Source: Eledone cirrhosa
Taxonomy: Eukaryota
DNA length: 64,000 bases
Direction: 5' to 3'
NCBI GenBank assembly: GCA_964016885.1
Contig: OZ024751.1
Span: 17,298,001 to 17,362,000, forward strand
Positions 26,883-43,438 of the stretch are shown piece after piece. How positions within the stretch are numbered: the stretch's first letter is position 1; each line of letters opens with the position of its first letter. The notes below the pieces were generated by a model. That model was not told the DNA's origin and did not search any database. It worked only from the letters and a program-made list of their open reading frames with translations. Both the position numbers and the translations under genes were made by a program.

Positions 26883-27003
26883 CCGAATTAGTGTGGTATA
26901 GACAAGTACATTTGTTGTTGAGGTGTATAATTTTGTCAATACTCTGATATGGCTAGTTCCTGGTTGCGTTGTTATTTCACTGAGGAACTGGAATCACTCA
27001 AAA

Positions 27004-27700
<697 letters not shown>

Positions 27701-27734
27701 AGATGTCTGTTAAGAGGAATATGTGTGTGTGTGT

Positions 27735-27820
<86 letters not shown>

Positions 27821-29125
27821 TAAAGCGGTTCATCGTTGTGATAATGGAAATGAATCGGTCAGTAGGAATGTGTGTGTACGTGTGTGAGTTGCAGTCATGT
27901 TGAAAGGTCAACAGTTCAGGTGTCTATTAATACAAATATGTGTGTATGTGTGTATGTGTGTGTGTGTGTAGCTGATTGGTTCATTGACCTCTGAAGCCAC
28001 TTTTTTCAATAAGAGATAGATCTATCGTGTGGTCATGATCGATTATCACTGATCTCATCAGGTGAATAATGAATTGTCTTCAAATCGTTGATATGAGGGA
28101 GGAAAAACTAAAGATGTTCACTCACACTCACTAGAGTTCTGTTCCCCATATGAAGATTCAGCAGCCAAAACACGCCAACTGCTATCGTCAACAGTCAGGG
28201 TCATAAATCTATCACGTCTCTATCTCTCAATAGCTGTAAAAGACGCTGGACAGGTCTAATCTCAACATCAAATCTGTAGAATTTCGGTCGCTCACAATTA
28301 ATGTGAGTACACACACACTCACACACACCGACGCGAGGTCAGAGAAAAAATATATATACCAACATAGTATGCACCGGAAGTTAGGTTACAAAACAACAAA
28401 TGTTATATTGGTAAAATCTCAATTTTAACGATGTAAATTAGAAAAATTGGGTCAGCCACAACGCTATACACACGCAAGTAAATTCCGTTCAACGTTCTGC
28501 TATACGTGTATTGATTGAATTGTAACATCCGTATCGTCTAAATCGTGTATGTTTTGGTAAATACACATCCATGTGTAGAGAAAGTAGTCAGATCGTATCG
28601 AACTCTGTATGGCCGTTGTCCTGTTGAGAATCTGAGTATGTGCGTGCACGCATCCGCCATGTAGGCCACCAAGGAGCTCCAAGTAGGGTTGGGTATTTGA
28701 GTTGAAGTGTCAGTGTGTGCGTTTTCCCGTCATATGGGCCCTCGAGCTTTTAAGATAAGTGTTGGAGTGGTGGAGGTGTGTTACCCAACAAAACAATAAA
28801 AATAAAATAAAATAAAATAAAATAGCAAAACGCCGTGTGTAAGTGTTATGGGCCCATTGATGGCCTGTATGTAGTATTGTCCATTCAGCAACTGTGAGCA
28901 CTCCATGGTTAGGGGATGGCAGACCAAAAACCTAGTGTAGTATTTAATTGATAAGATCGTGACTAGTCATAACTAACTGTGCCCATATATGGAACTGGAG
29001 ATATAGAAAAGCGTGGAGACCTTAATATGGCTGACAAAAGTTCATTGGACCGTATGACACAACCAACAATGCATCTTACTATATATAACAACTATATATA
29101 TATATGGGCGTGTTTGTGCATGCAC

Positions 29126-29162
<37 letters not shown>

Positions 29163-29164
<2 letters not shown>

Positions 29165-30003
29165 GGAACGAGTAAGACACCGACGGCTGAGCTCAAGCCG
29201 TTTCGACGGCTAATTCTGGACTAAATGAACATTTTTATCCTGGTATATGAATAGCCGAGCTTCTCAGGGGGTAATTCCATATATGGTAAAAGTGATTGTC
29301 ACAAGGATTGGTCAAAGGTTTGTTGTTGAGACACATAATTCTATCATGGCAATTTTGTGGAAGGAAGGGGTAGCTGAACCTGCCAGTAGAAAAGAGAGGG
29401 TGAGATGGCGGAGGAAACCCAGTCGTGCGTTGATAGTACCAACTACAGCAGGGCAGAAGGTTAAGGAAGTATACTAGGGAGGGGGAGGGGGAGGAAGTCG
29501 AAACAATAAGTAAAACAATATGGGGTAAATATATAGAAAAATACCGAGAATGTTAAAAAAACAATTAAATATTTAAAAAAAAAAAATTCTGGTTACTATT
29601 CCCTAAGGAGAGCTATCAAGTCTCTCACTGGTACTGCTAGACTAAAGAAAAGTTTAATAGGTTGGACGGAATTATAATGAGACCCTTTTAAGAAGTAGAA
29701 GTAATCAACCGAGTATATCTAACGGTGACGGGTCAACAAGTGGGGGGACAAAATACTAAAGAAACTACCACGAAATAATAATTCCGAGTCCCGAGACTAA
29801 TACGAAATAATTGTTTCTACCCTAGGCACAAGGCCAGCAACCTCCCAGTGCAAAAAATAAACTAATACGAAATAATAATTCAGAATCCCGAAAAAGAATA
29901 CTAATACTATCTCTATGGGTGCCGCTACGATACAAAAACTCTAGTGCAAACTACATAAATGCTCGTACGAAGTATATGAAAAATCTGATACGGAAAATTA
30001 ATT
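29163..30003 (-). mobile_element. HHR-bearing non-coding element, family A, in (TA)n
   Basis: Colinear homolog of 50749-51553; HHR at 29177-29272 (minus) with core CUGAGAA. Confidence 0.8.
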
Positions 30004-30042
30004 CATATATATTTAAAAAATTTATATATATACATGTATATG

Positions 30043-30075
<33 letters not shown>

Positions 30076-30235
30076 GGAGGTATATATCCATATATGTGTG
30101 TGTAAATATATGTGTATAGATATTTGTGTGTGTATATATATATATAAATATGTATATATATACATACATGTGTGTGTATATATCTATATATATCCTTTGC
30201 TTTTCCTTCGGAATTATCTAACACAAACACATATA

Positions 30236-30312
<77 letters not shown>

Positions 30313-30472
30313 ATATATACACACATATATATATATATGTATATATATGTATATACATATATATGTGTATATATATATATGTGTGTGTATATATATATGT
30401 ATGTGTGTATTTAAGTATATATGTATATATATATGTTTGTTTATATGTATATGTGTATGTATATGTATATGG

Positions 30473-30512
<40 letters not shown>

Positions 30513-30513
<1 letters not shown>

Positions 30514-30930
30514 AGAGTGTATTGAAGTTTGCTTGAAGCATTGTGGAAAAATAAGATTGAATTTCTTTTGGTCGTTTTGGAAGCCTCAACAATGCAGATG
30601 GGTAATTCTCCGGGTAACAAGATCCGGTGGTGAAGAGAGAGATGTAAGTGAATGTAGAATGAGATGTAAAGTTGTTTAACGAACAGCAGAGGACACGTCC
30701 CGCTCCTCTCCGACAGACCCCCCCCCCGGAAAATCCCTCAGTTGATGGATGTGAATCCGAAATATAGGGACAATTAAATCTCTCCCAAGGTAACTCTATC
30801 TCATGTTAATACTTTTATTTTTTACGCTCTTTCACTTACATCTCTCTCTTCACCACCGGATCTTGTTACCCGGAGAATTACCCTTCTGCATTGTTGAGGC
30901 TTCCCAAACGACCAAAAGCAATTAAATCTT
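30513..30930. mobile_element. Fold-back element in (TA)n with an HHR-like motif in the loop
   Basis: Arms ~30553-30658 / 30830-30930; loop TCCCT CAGTTGA T GGAT-GTGA-ATCC GAAAT ATA GGGA (30734-30770); homologous to 7410-7790. Confidence 0.7.
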
Positions 30931-31733
30931 ATATATATTATGTGCGTGTTTGTACATTTACGTTTATGTGTGTACACATCGTTGTACAATGAATGTGTGG
31001 CGCATAGGAAATGGACGTGGTTCGATTTGCTTTTAGAACATTTCAAAGTATATTTCATGTAGATGTATTTGTCCCCTTCTTTTGTGCCCTTGTGGCTAAT
31101 AAAGAAATTTATCTATCTCTTTCTCTAATTTAGGAATAAGGTTAATAATTTTTGTTGGAGGGAATCAATTATACCGCCTCCAATCAATTACTGGAAATAT
31201 TAAAATGATAGAGGACTTCCGTGTCTCTCATCGCGGTAAACATTTTATCCAACGTTCTACCTATCTAGCACAATTGACATCTGCAAAACATAAAATAATA
31301 TAACATTTGGTGGTTTTCCAAATCCCGTTGGCGGTTAAATAAATAGAATGTCGTGCCATAAAGTATATAGTGAAATTTATAAGTCTGCGATGAAATACCT
31401 CTCGTGTATTTCATATTATTGATTTATTTCTTAGACAAAGCTCATATATCTAGGAGCCATAAGTCTAATAAATATAGAAAAATGACGACAGATATTCTAC
31501 AAAAATATCTAATTGTTATATATGTAAAGTACATTGAGCAAAATGGAAAGATAAATAAACACCTTCAAGAGATGGTCAGTTCCTTCAGCGTTTGAATCAG
31601 TATTTGATCTCTACTACATGATACCAATTGTAAATACATATATATTTTCATTATTCAAACTATAATTTAGTTATTACTTTTCACCTTCTAATTCTGACTC
31701 ACATACTCGTCTCGCCTCTTTCGTACGTAGCAG

Positions 31734-31803
<70 letters not shown>

Positions 31804-32090
31804 ATATAATATACACACATATACATATATATCACATAATAAACACACACACAAACATATATATATATTTATCTCACTATATATATATATATATATAAAT
31901 ATATATATATAAATATAAATATATATATAAATATAAATATATATATATGAAAAGTGTAATTTTCTACACAAAACGAAGGTTATAGAGAAAATTGAGGTTG
32001 GTAATGGCACATGGAATATATAAGAGACAGAATACTTTTTTGTGAAAAAACATAATTTTATAAGGTAAGGAAATAATAAAGGGTATAAAA

Positions 32091-32135
32091 AATGACCGGT
32101 TTCGATGGGTCTGCAAAAGCCATCTTTTCAAATGT
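32091..32135 (-). ncRNA. Minimal HHR with U3-A8 core, in a Penelope-like fragment (~31950-32470)
   Basis: Minus: AU UUGAAAA GAUGG-CUUUUGCAGAC-CCAUC GAAAC CG GUC AU; palindromic ACCGGU stem III; stem I only ~2 bp. Confidence 0.6.
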
Positions 32136-32498
32136 TGATTAATATTAAGAAAAATTAATAATACGAAGAGTTAAAATTTGAGACTTGAAAATTCAAGTAT
32201 AAAATTCATTGTGGGATTTCATAGCAGTTTTCATCTAGGTAGCAACAACAGGTTGACTGCTGTGTCCCTTTCTGGTAGTGAATGAGAAGTTATTTGGGGT
32301 GTGGGTTATTTTATAAAGGTCAGATTTAGCAATCACCAACTGGCCAGCTGTTGGTCAGTGAGGGGGTGGAAGCAATATACATACACATATCTTCCTGTGG
32401 TGGGTAGGAGAGTGGAGCGTGATAGAAAGGGATTTAGTGCACTTACACCTATATATACACACATACCTTCATCCACACATACATACATATACATATAC

Positions 32499-32535
<37 letters not shown>

Positions 32536-32600
32536 CACACATACATACACACACACATACATATACATACACACATACACACACACACATATATACACAT

Positions 32601-32645
<45 letters not shown>

Positions 32646-32718
32646 CACACATACATACACACACACATACATATACATACACACATACACACACACACAC
32701 ATATACACATACACACAC

Positions 32719-32753
<35 letters not shown>

Positions 32754-32806
32754 TATATATACATACACATACATCCAGATACACACATACATACATATAT
32801 ATATAT

Positions 32807-32846
<40 letters not shown>

Positions 32847-32937
32847 GTATATATATATAGAGAGAGAGATAAATATATATATATGTTTGTGTGTGTGTTT
32901 ATTATGTGATATATATGTATATGTATGTATATTATAT

Positions 32938-32999
<62 letters not shown>

Positions 33000-33799
33000 A
33001 GAGAGAGAGAAAGAGATAGATAGATATATATTATATTTTTTATTATAGTTATCAGTAAGTCAATCATCTAAGATGTCTCCTGTCTGGTCTGTGTTCTCGT
33101 TTTCTTTTAATTTAACTTGGTAAAATTGATTGATGATTGTAGCTTTCTAGGAGACAGAAAACTTATGAACTTATAGTAAATACCTTTGAACTATAAGGTA
33201 TATTAATGAAAATATTTGTGTCTGTGTGTATGTATACATCGATATAAATATATTTATATATATGTATATATATGTATGTATATATATATATAAATATATT
33301 TATATATATGTATATATATGTATGTATATATATATAAATATATTTATATATATGTATATATATGTATGTATATATACATATATAAATATATTTATATATA
33401 TGTATTTATATATCCATGTATACAATATATGCGTATCTATCTAAAGAAAGAACTACATATTGCCAAACATTCTACCAATAGATATTAGATAATTAGATTT
33501 ATCAAAAAATATTCACAAAAATCCAAATTCTTTTAATTATCACATATTATATTCAACATGCAATCAATCATGATTCTATCAAAGAAAAAAGATATATCCT
33601 GATACTTTTAAAAGTATATTAAATTTGACGATAATAAACAAAAGACTCCCAAAATATCTAATTGACTTCAAATTGAAAACTAATGTTATGTATATATGAT
33701 ATATATCTTAAGTAAATGATTTTAAAATTTAACGTTTTACAGCAATTCCACATATAATCCAGTACGAAATACCTAATCCAATCTAATCAAGGGCCTTTT

Positions 33800-34368
33800 C
33801 ACTCCTGTTGGTGGAACCCCTCCCTGGTTGTTCTCCATCACTTTCTGTTTGGTTTTGGTCATGTTCCCAGGAGTGTAGTTGTACTCACCAAGTTGGCCAT
33901 TTACGGGTTCGTGAAATATCACACATATGTGTGAAATTTCACCAAACCGTAAATGGTCAAACAGGCGGCTTACAAAGAAATGATATGTTTCGTCTGGGTC
34001 CTATGGGCAAAATATTCTTCTGGGTCACAAAGTAATATATATTGTAGCAGAACAAGATAAATTTGGTTTAACCTCCATTTGGGTGTCTTAATATTATTGA
34101 AATTTGCTAATATTTTGTGAATAGGCATCACATCCTTTCATATAAATCAAAGGGAAAAAATTAAGCACCGAGGGCGGGGAGGTTGGTTGGTATTCAACGG
34201 GGGTTTGAACCCCCGGGGAACCCTTTGATTAAAAATGAAATGTACGTGAGAAATCAAATGGGCATGAGTCCCACACACGTGTCAAGTTTCATCAAGATTG
34301 TTTTGGCAGTTTTTGAGTTTTAGGTTCACAAACAAACAGACAGAAATTGCCATTTATATATTTAGATA
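33800..34368 (-). mobile_element. Non-autonomous Helitron/Helentron-like remnant
   Basis: AAGTTTCATCAAGAT..ACAAACAAACAGACAGA..TTTATATATTTAGATA end resembles such elements; no clear 3' hairpin or CTAG seen. Confidence 0.35.
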
Positions 34369-34432
34369 TATATATATCTTTGAAGGAATTTCTCAAGTCC
34401 AGCCTCCTGTCACTTTACTCAGTACGAACGTT

Positions 34433-34516
<84 letters not shown>

Positions 34517-35236
34517 CGCACGCAAGTGTGTGTGTGTGTGTATTTGTGTATCTCTCACTTTCTCTCTATACATAAGTATGTATGTATGTATATATACATA
34601 CTTTCCGTCTACCAAATGTCATTACTTGCTCAAGCTGGTGACTTGCTGTAGGACAGAATCCCAAAGCATGTTGCTGCGAAACGAACTTCTTAAAAACGTA
34701 GTTACGCTATGCGCCTATTATGTTACAAGAATCCAAGCAAAACATTCAAGCACTGAACAATGCCAGCCTGTCTAATCTATAATGCCAACTAAATATCTGT
34801 TAAAGCACAAAGGAATATGTACAAATATAATTTAACACTAAACTATAAAATAAGTAACGTATAAACAACTTTCGCCTGGTTCACAGAGTCAAGTGTTTCT
34901 GAAATGGTTTCAACAATCTAACTCGGCAATAGTATTTCTGGAGATGTAAAACAAAAAATTCTGCATGTATCAGGAAATAGGGTAAAAGTTTACAACTAAT
35001 TTATTGATTTTGATCTTTTTTAATTAATTATTGTTTTTTGTTTGGTGATTTATATATTAATTGATTTATTTTCATTTTCACAGTTTAATCATTTTTGGAA
35101 TGTGTACTGTAATTCTCGAGGTTAAAGGCACAAGATACATATATTGATCTTTCCTGTTTTAAACTCTTTCATATTGAATTATTTATTATTTATTATTGTT
35201 TTATTTTGTTTCAAATTTTATTGATAATCTTATTAT

Positions 35237-35295
<59 letters not shown>

Positions 35296-35303
35296 TACAT
35301 ATA

Positions 35304-35334
<31 letters not shown>

Positions 35335-35648
35335 TGCATTATTTTCTATTTATTTATATTATGGTCCGTCAAAGCTAAAACCGTAGCAGAAATAGAAAGA
35401 CAAAAAAAAGCAGACAAACAAAGAAAACATAATATAAATAATATAAAAATAAAACATGCCAATGCCAATAAGATATCAATACTTGCTGAAAGCACTATCG
35501 GCTAGAACAATGCAAAACAAAACCAATTGTACTATGATATTCAGAAATGATAAAAGCATTAGGATTTGTTCATGACTGATACGCACCATCATGCAACCAG
35601 TTTTGCTGCTAGCCTAAACAAAATGAAATAAATAGATAAATCACGAAA

Positions 35649-36212
35649 TAAATTATAGAAAGGATAAAATAAATAAAATAAATAAAATAAATGATATAAA
35701 TAAAATAATTGTTTCCACTTTTGGCACAAGGCCAGCAATTACTCAGAGCATTACTGGTACTTTATTTTATCGACCCCGTAAGGATGAAAGGCAAAGTTAA
35801 CCTCGGCGGGATATAAATAAAATAATAAAAAAATAATAATAATAACAATAATAATAACAATAATAATAATAATTGTTTCTAATTTTGGCACAAGGCCAGC
35901 AATTATCACAGTGTATTACTGGTACTTTATTTTATCGACCCCGTAAGGATGAGAAGCAAAGTTAACCTAGGCGGGATTTGAACTCAGACCGAGGTTAACT
36001 TTGCCTTTCATCCTTACGGGGTCGATAAAATAAAGTACCAGTAATACACTGGGATAATTGCTGGCCTTGTGCCAAAATTAGAAACAATTATTATTATTAT
36101 TATTATTGTTATTATTATTGTTATTATTATTGTTATTATTATTGTTATTATTATTATTTTTTATTATTTTATTTATATCATTTATTTTGTTTATTTTATC
36201 CTTTCTATAATT
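35649..36212. mobile_element. SINE (S1) 3' halves: two tandem on minus plus a fold-back copy on plus
   Basis: 35706-35810 (-), 35868-35990 (-), 35990-36090 (+); the flanking AT-rich sequence is also mirrored (35649-35708 vs 36160-36212). Confidence 0.8.
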
Positions 36213-36629
36213 TAATAATAATAATAATAACAAAAATGATAACACAAATCCATTACGCAACAAACACAAAAGAAATATATTGTAGATTATTTATCGATAA
36301 GAGAAGACATAATGTTTTAGAGAGGATGATGAAGGCACGATTGTGGATGTGGATGTGGTTGCAGTTGTGTTTGTAGTGGTGTGTTGCTACTGGTGCTGAT
36401 TGTGCTCTAACTGATGCTGTTGCTGATAGCGGTTAAAATGATGATGGTGGTAGTGATAGTTGCGCTGCAGGATTACCAAAAAGAAAAAAAAAAAGAAAAA
36501 CAGAAAATCTCTTGTAGGAAGTTCTGAAGTCAGATCAGAGACGTAACAATAATTTAATTAGCAGCTTTTCATTCACAGAACCCACCTATAGAATAGCAAG
36601 GACATTGGGTTAAGTTGAACTTAATATAA

Positions 36630-36808
<179 letters not shown>

Positions 36809-36886
36809 ATAAATGACAGTACTATTAATTTTTCCAGAAGCACAGATACATAAGTATGCGTAATGTATTATATATTTGAGTGCATG

Positions 36887-36930
<44 letters not shown>

Positions 36931-37338
36931 CATGTATATGGATATATATATATATGCATGTATGTATATATATATGTATATATATGTATATATATGTATA
37001 CACATTTGTATATATATGTATATATATATATGTATATATATATATGTATATATATGCGTATATATATATATGTATATATATGTATATATATGCGTATATA
37101 TATGTGTATATGTATGTATGGTTGTATATATGTTTAGGTATGTATATATATAATATATACATATAATATAGTAATAGATTTAAATATTGGGCATAAATGG
37201 AAATAGCTTTTGTTTAGTATTTTAGTATTACTAGGATAATTATGTTTTTATATATATATATAATTGGTGTTGGATACTTAACGCGTCCATATGCGGTAGG
37301 CCGTATGAGCACTCGATGCCCTCATAGAGCAGAGTATG

Positions 37339-37630
37339 ATATCACAGAAAAAAGAGAATCAGTGTTGTGCCGAAAGGAATTTATTGGACATATTACAATT
37401 GTTTCTCGGGCGACCAGCTCAAGGCATGATCGTTGTGGTGATCAAACCGGAGTCTTTTCCTATAGAAAAATCTGCTTCGTAGAATCGAGACGTATCCGAA
37501 GACCGCGCGATTTCAGAGTCAGGTTTGATCGCCACATCGATCGTGCCTCGAGCTGGTCGCCCGAGAAACAATTGCAATATGTCCAATAAATTCCTTTCGT
37601 CGCAACAATGATTCACCTTTTTCTGTGATA
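37339..37630. mobile_element. Fold-back element with an HHR (37489-37583, +)
   Basis: Arms ~37339-37450 / 37520-37630. Plus: GACGUAU CCGAAGA C-CGCGCGA..UCGCCCG-A GAAAC AAUU GCA AUAUGUC, then AAUAAA; the mirrored arm keeps GUA. Confidence 0.75.
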
Positions 37631-38160
37631 TATATATATATATATATATATAGATAGATAGATATAGATATAGATATATATATGTATATATATATATGTA
37701 TATATGTATATAGATATATACACATACTATTCTATGTATAAGTGTATGAATATAAACGCGGAAGCACACACACTTACAAAAATACACACTCACAGACATA
37801 CATTCACACAAATGCAGACATATGTACACATACACACACTCACAACGGAGCGAATAGAACGTCAGCTGCTGTTTTGCTCTTGTATTTTCAGCATCAGCCT
37901 CCTTCTTTTGAAACACGGCAGTAGCCGCTCATATTTATATAGAGATTTCTTCACAATTCTATTGCAGTAACTAATTCAATAGCAATGATTCTCAGTATGT
38001 AACAATAACTCAATTTCAAAAGATAATAAATAACTAGCAACTGTCTGTTTCCGCCATATGTTTATGACAATTCTTCACCCATGGCAAATACACAGTCACT
38101 ATGGAACCGGAGTAAACCTTTCTGACTTAAGACAGACTTTAGAATTAATTATATAAGCAA

Positions 38161-38535
<375 letters not shown>

Positions 38536-39825
38536 CTACACTCTACTTTGCTGAATAACGAGTGCTAATTTTGGCATACCGCTTATGGAAGCACCATAGC
38601 TACCATTATACACAATATATATATATATATATATATAGTACTAAGAACGATTCTTCCTTTGTATCTCTTTCTGACTTCCTCTCTTTCACTCTGTCTATCC
38701 TTTTCTGGAAGAAATCTAATGTATTCAGGCCTGGAGAGGAGATGGACTCCACCAGGTTATAAAATATATCTTAGCAACGCCGTATTTAATATGGCGCCCC
38801 TACGATTACTCAGGAGTTGTAGGTCCATACCATACCATGTTATTTTTAAACTAGAAAAATAACTTCGTGAATGATTTATCTTATTTGGCAATCACGAAGG
38901 TTAGTGGACTAAAATATAAAATAGGTTTTTTTTTATTATTGCGCTTATAACATCAATCATTTATCTGGTTCCATTAAAAATAAGTAAAATATACCAGAAT
39001 TCCAAATGAAAAATATTTCACATCGTTAGAAAACGATGAGAAATAACGTTTGGGGAATAAATATGTTTTACAATGTAGTAAATATCATTCAATTTTGACT
39101 AGATTTCGCGGTAAATTATGTCTATTTGATTTCTAACAATGTTAGCCGTTAACATTTTTAAACATTCGTTTTTCCTATTTTATCGCAGATAAAAATAGCT
39201 AACTTAATGACTTTTCCAATACTCTATATCTTTTTATTGCTTAAAATATGTCATCAATGATAATAAATTGATTTTATGGATTTACATAGCACCTAAATGC
39301 TGTTTTCAATTCACTTTACTAAATTTGGAGATTATCAAACTGTTTTTTTTTGTGTCTTTGATAATGCGACATTGTAGAAAAACTGACACACACACGTTTA
39401 TAAATATATGTGTGTGTAAACGTTAAACAAATAACAAAGCGAAAAACACAGTGAAATGAAGAAATATATTAGTTTAACACTTGAAGTATGCATGTATGCA
39501 TAGTTTTACATGTGTGTGTATGTGTGTACGTATGCGTAAGTGTTTCGGTGTGTGTTGGGAAGAGAGAAGCAGGTAGATTTGTGGACATATACAACATTTC
39601 GCAAAGAGAGATTTATGTCATGAATTATTGCGGTTACAAATTCCGAAATCTCCGAAAGCATTAAATCTGATAACGGTTGAATTTAGCAAATAACCTGCAG
39701 TGATTTTTCAAGTGACAAGATAATCCACATTTTACAAATTCAAAAAAACATTCATACATATAAATGCTTACATACATACATACACATACCAACATACATA
39801 CATATATACATACATATATACATAC

Positions 39826-39884
<59 letters not shown>

Positions 39885-40177
39885 AAAACAAATAACGAAA
39901 CGAAATTAAATTTCGTTTCGTTTGTAACTCACTTTTGTATGACTGACGCTTAAACAATTAAGTTAAAAATGTACATCTACATATGCATACTGAAATACTA
40001 GTGTGTATATGAATACACACACGTATACATATGTAGATGTAACAAGTCTTTCACTGGTTGCTTTACTGTGAGCAACCCAGCTATTCTGTATGTAAACACA
40101 CAGACAAACCGGTTTTTAGAGTCATACTGGTTTTCGAGGAAACACCTTCCCTCTATTCTCCAGAAAGCCAGACAAGG

Positions 40178-40222
40178 AATATTGAACTAGTTTCGTTGTT
40201 GTTACAACTCATCAGCAATATT
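40178..40222 (-). ncRNA. Canonical minimal type I HHR
   Basis: Exact reverse complement of 40668-40712. Confidence 0.88.
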
Positions 40223-40667
40223 TACCTATCTACCGGACTTTCTGGAGAATTGTTAAAGCACATATCGTTATATGCTTTTTCTATGAAAATTAGTAGTGGG
40301 CAGACTAATTTGCATAGAGTGTGAGTACGCACCGGTTCAGCGGAGACGATAAAAACAAATAACGAAGCGAAATTAAATTTCGTTTCGTTTGTAACTCACT
40401 TTTGTATGACTGACGCTTAAACAATTAAGTTAAAAATGTACATCTACATATGCATACTGAAATACTAGTGTGTATATGAATACACACACGTATACATATG
40501 TAGATGTAACAAGTCTTTCACTGGTTGCTTTAATGTGAGCAACCCAGCTATTCTGTATGTAAACACACAGACAAACCGGTTTTTAGAGTCATACTGGTTT
40601 TCGAGGAAACACCTTCCCTCTATTCTCCAGAATAGAGGGAAGGTGTTTAATAGCCGGTAGATAGGTA

Positions 40668-40712
40668 AATATTGCTGATGAGTTGTAACAACAACGAAAC
40701 TAGTTCAATATT
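40668..40712 (+). ncRNA. Canonical minimal type I HHR
   Basis: AAUAUUG CUGAUGA GUUGU-AACA-ACAAC GAAAC UA GUU CAAUAUU: 7-bp stem I, 5-bp stem II, palindromic AACUAGUU stem III. Confidence 0.88.
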
Positions 40713-41425
40713 CCTTGTCTGGCTTTCTGGAGAATAGAGGGAAGGTGTTTCCTCGAAAACCAGTATGACTCTAAAAACCGGTTTGTCTGTGTGTTTACAT
40801 ACAGAATAGCTGGGTTGCTCACATTAAAGCAACCAGTGAAAGACTTGTTACATCTACATATGTATACGTGTGTGTATTCATATACACACTAGTATTTCAG
40901 TATGCATATGTAGATGTACATTTTTAACTTAATTGTTATATATACATATATATATATATATAAATTCACGTATGCATGTAGCCAAGTATGCATACATACC
41001 TACGTTCCTACCTAGCTATTTACATAGATATACACGGAAGCACATACATAGATTCAAATATGCATGGATACATACGCGCATGCATAAACACACCTACATA
41101 AATACATTCATTTATGCATAAATATTATCATGTTTACATATATACACACAAACATACATAGATATATCTACATCATGTATGCATGCGTACATGCAAACAT
41201 ACACATACATATACATATATCGTATAGGGTGTGGTAAAAACCAGCTAGACCATAACCCACCAGAGTACTCGTTACTTGGGGGTAGTAGAGTGGGTAATAT
41301 GAAAAGATTCAGGACCTTCGGAGTCCTGAACCCTTTCCACCCTCTTCCTGCTATATCAAGCGTTAACCTAATATATCCCTTCCATATACTGTACCGATTG
41401 TGTTGTTATTTCTGTTAACCTTACA

Positions 41426-41525
<100 letters not shown>

Positions 41526-41611
41526 AGGTGAGTAATATTGTAGAACAATAAAACTATGCATATATCAGATAAGTAGCACTCAACAGTTGGTAGAACTGGA
41601 GTATAAATAAA

Positions 41612-41917
41612 GAAGAAATTAGAAGATGGTTAAAAAAGTTCCATATATTTTATTATGCGCATTTCGAAAACAACATCATCCTGGGACAAAATTGTGTCCT
41701 CATCAGATAAAATAAGGTAACATGATATGAGGCATAAAAACACTTGTGAACTATATGTAGACTGGACACTTTCTTGTTCACAAGTGTTTTTAGGCCTCAT
41801 ATCATGTTACCTTATTTTATTTCATGGGAACACAATTTTTGTCCCAGGATGATGTTGGTTTCGGAATGCGCATAATAAAATATATGGAACTTTTTAACCA
41901 TCTTTTAATTTCTTGTT
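41612..41917. mobile_element. Fold-back element with an HHR (41651-41712, minus)
   Basis: Arms mirror about ~41762. Minus: UAU CUGAUGA GGAC..UUUC GAAAU GCGC AUA AUAAAA. The mirrored copy is decayed, as is a relative at ~4770-4824. Confidence 0.75.
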
Positions 41918-41949
41918 TATATATTTATATATATATAAATATATATATA

Positions 41950-43082
<1,133 letters not shown>

Positions 43083-43090
<8 letters not shown>

Positions 43091-43438
43091 GTGAGGTTTT
43101 TTTTACAAAATGAAAAATAACCGAGGTGTCCTACACCAGTGAAAGTATAAAGAAAAAGAGATGAAATCGAAAATGGAACTGGAGTCTTATTTTTTTTTTA
43201 AATATATATATTTATTTGGTTCCTTTGCCGGTTTCGCAGTTCTTCTGCTTTTCAAAAGGTGAGTTGAGATGGAGGGTCTGTGGTTTTTATCACATCTGTG
43301 AGAAAAACCACAGACCCTCCATCTCAACTCACCTTTTGAAAAGCAGAAGAACTGCGAAACCGGCAAAGGAACCAAATAAATATATATATTTAAAAAAAAA
43401 ATAAGACTCCAGTTCCATTTTCGATTTCATCTCTTTTT

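Larger units (their letters stand above)
39883..40935. mobile_element. Direct plus inverted duplicated element carrying two canonical HHRs
   Basis: 39883-40163 is repeated at 40352-40633; 40654-40935 is the reverse complement of ~39955-40236. Confidence 0.85.

Noticed and set aside
28020-28066. CUGAUGA-GAUC..GAUC on the minus strand
   Set aside because: GAAAC half missing (AUGAC); at most a decayed HHR
28500-28700. Possible Tc1/mariner transposase trace (HAHT..DYFL on minus)
   Set aside because: Similarity too short and decayed to support a call
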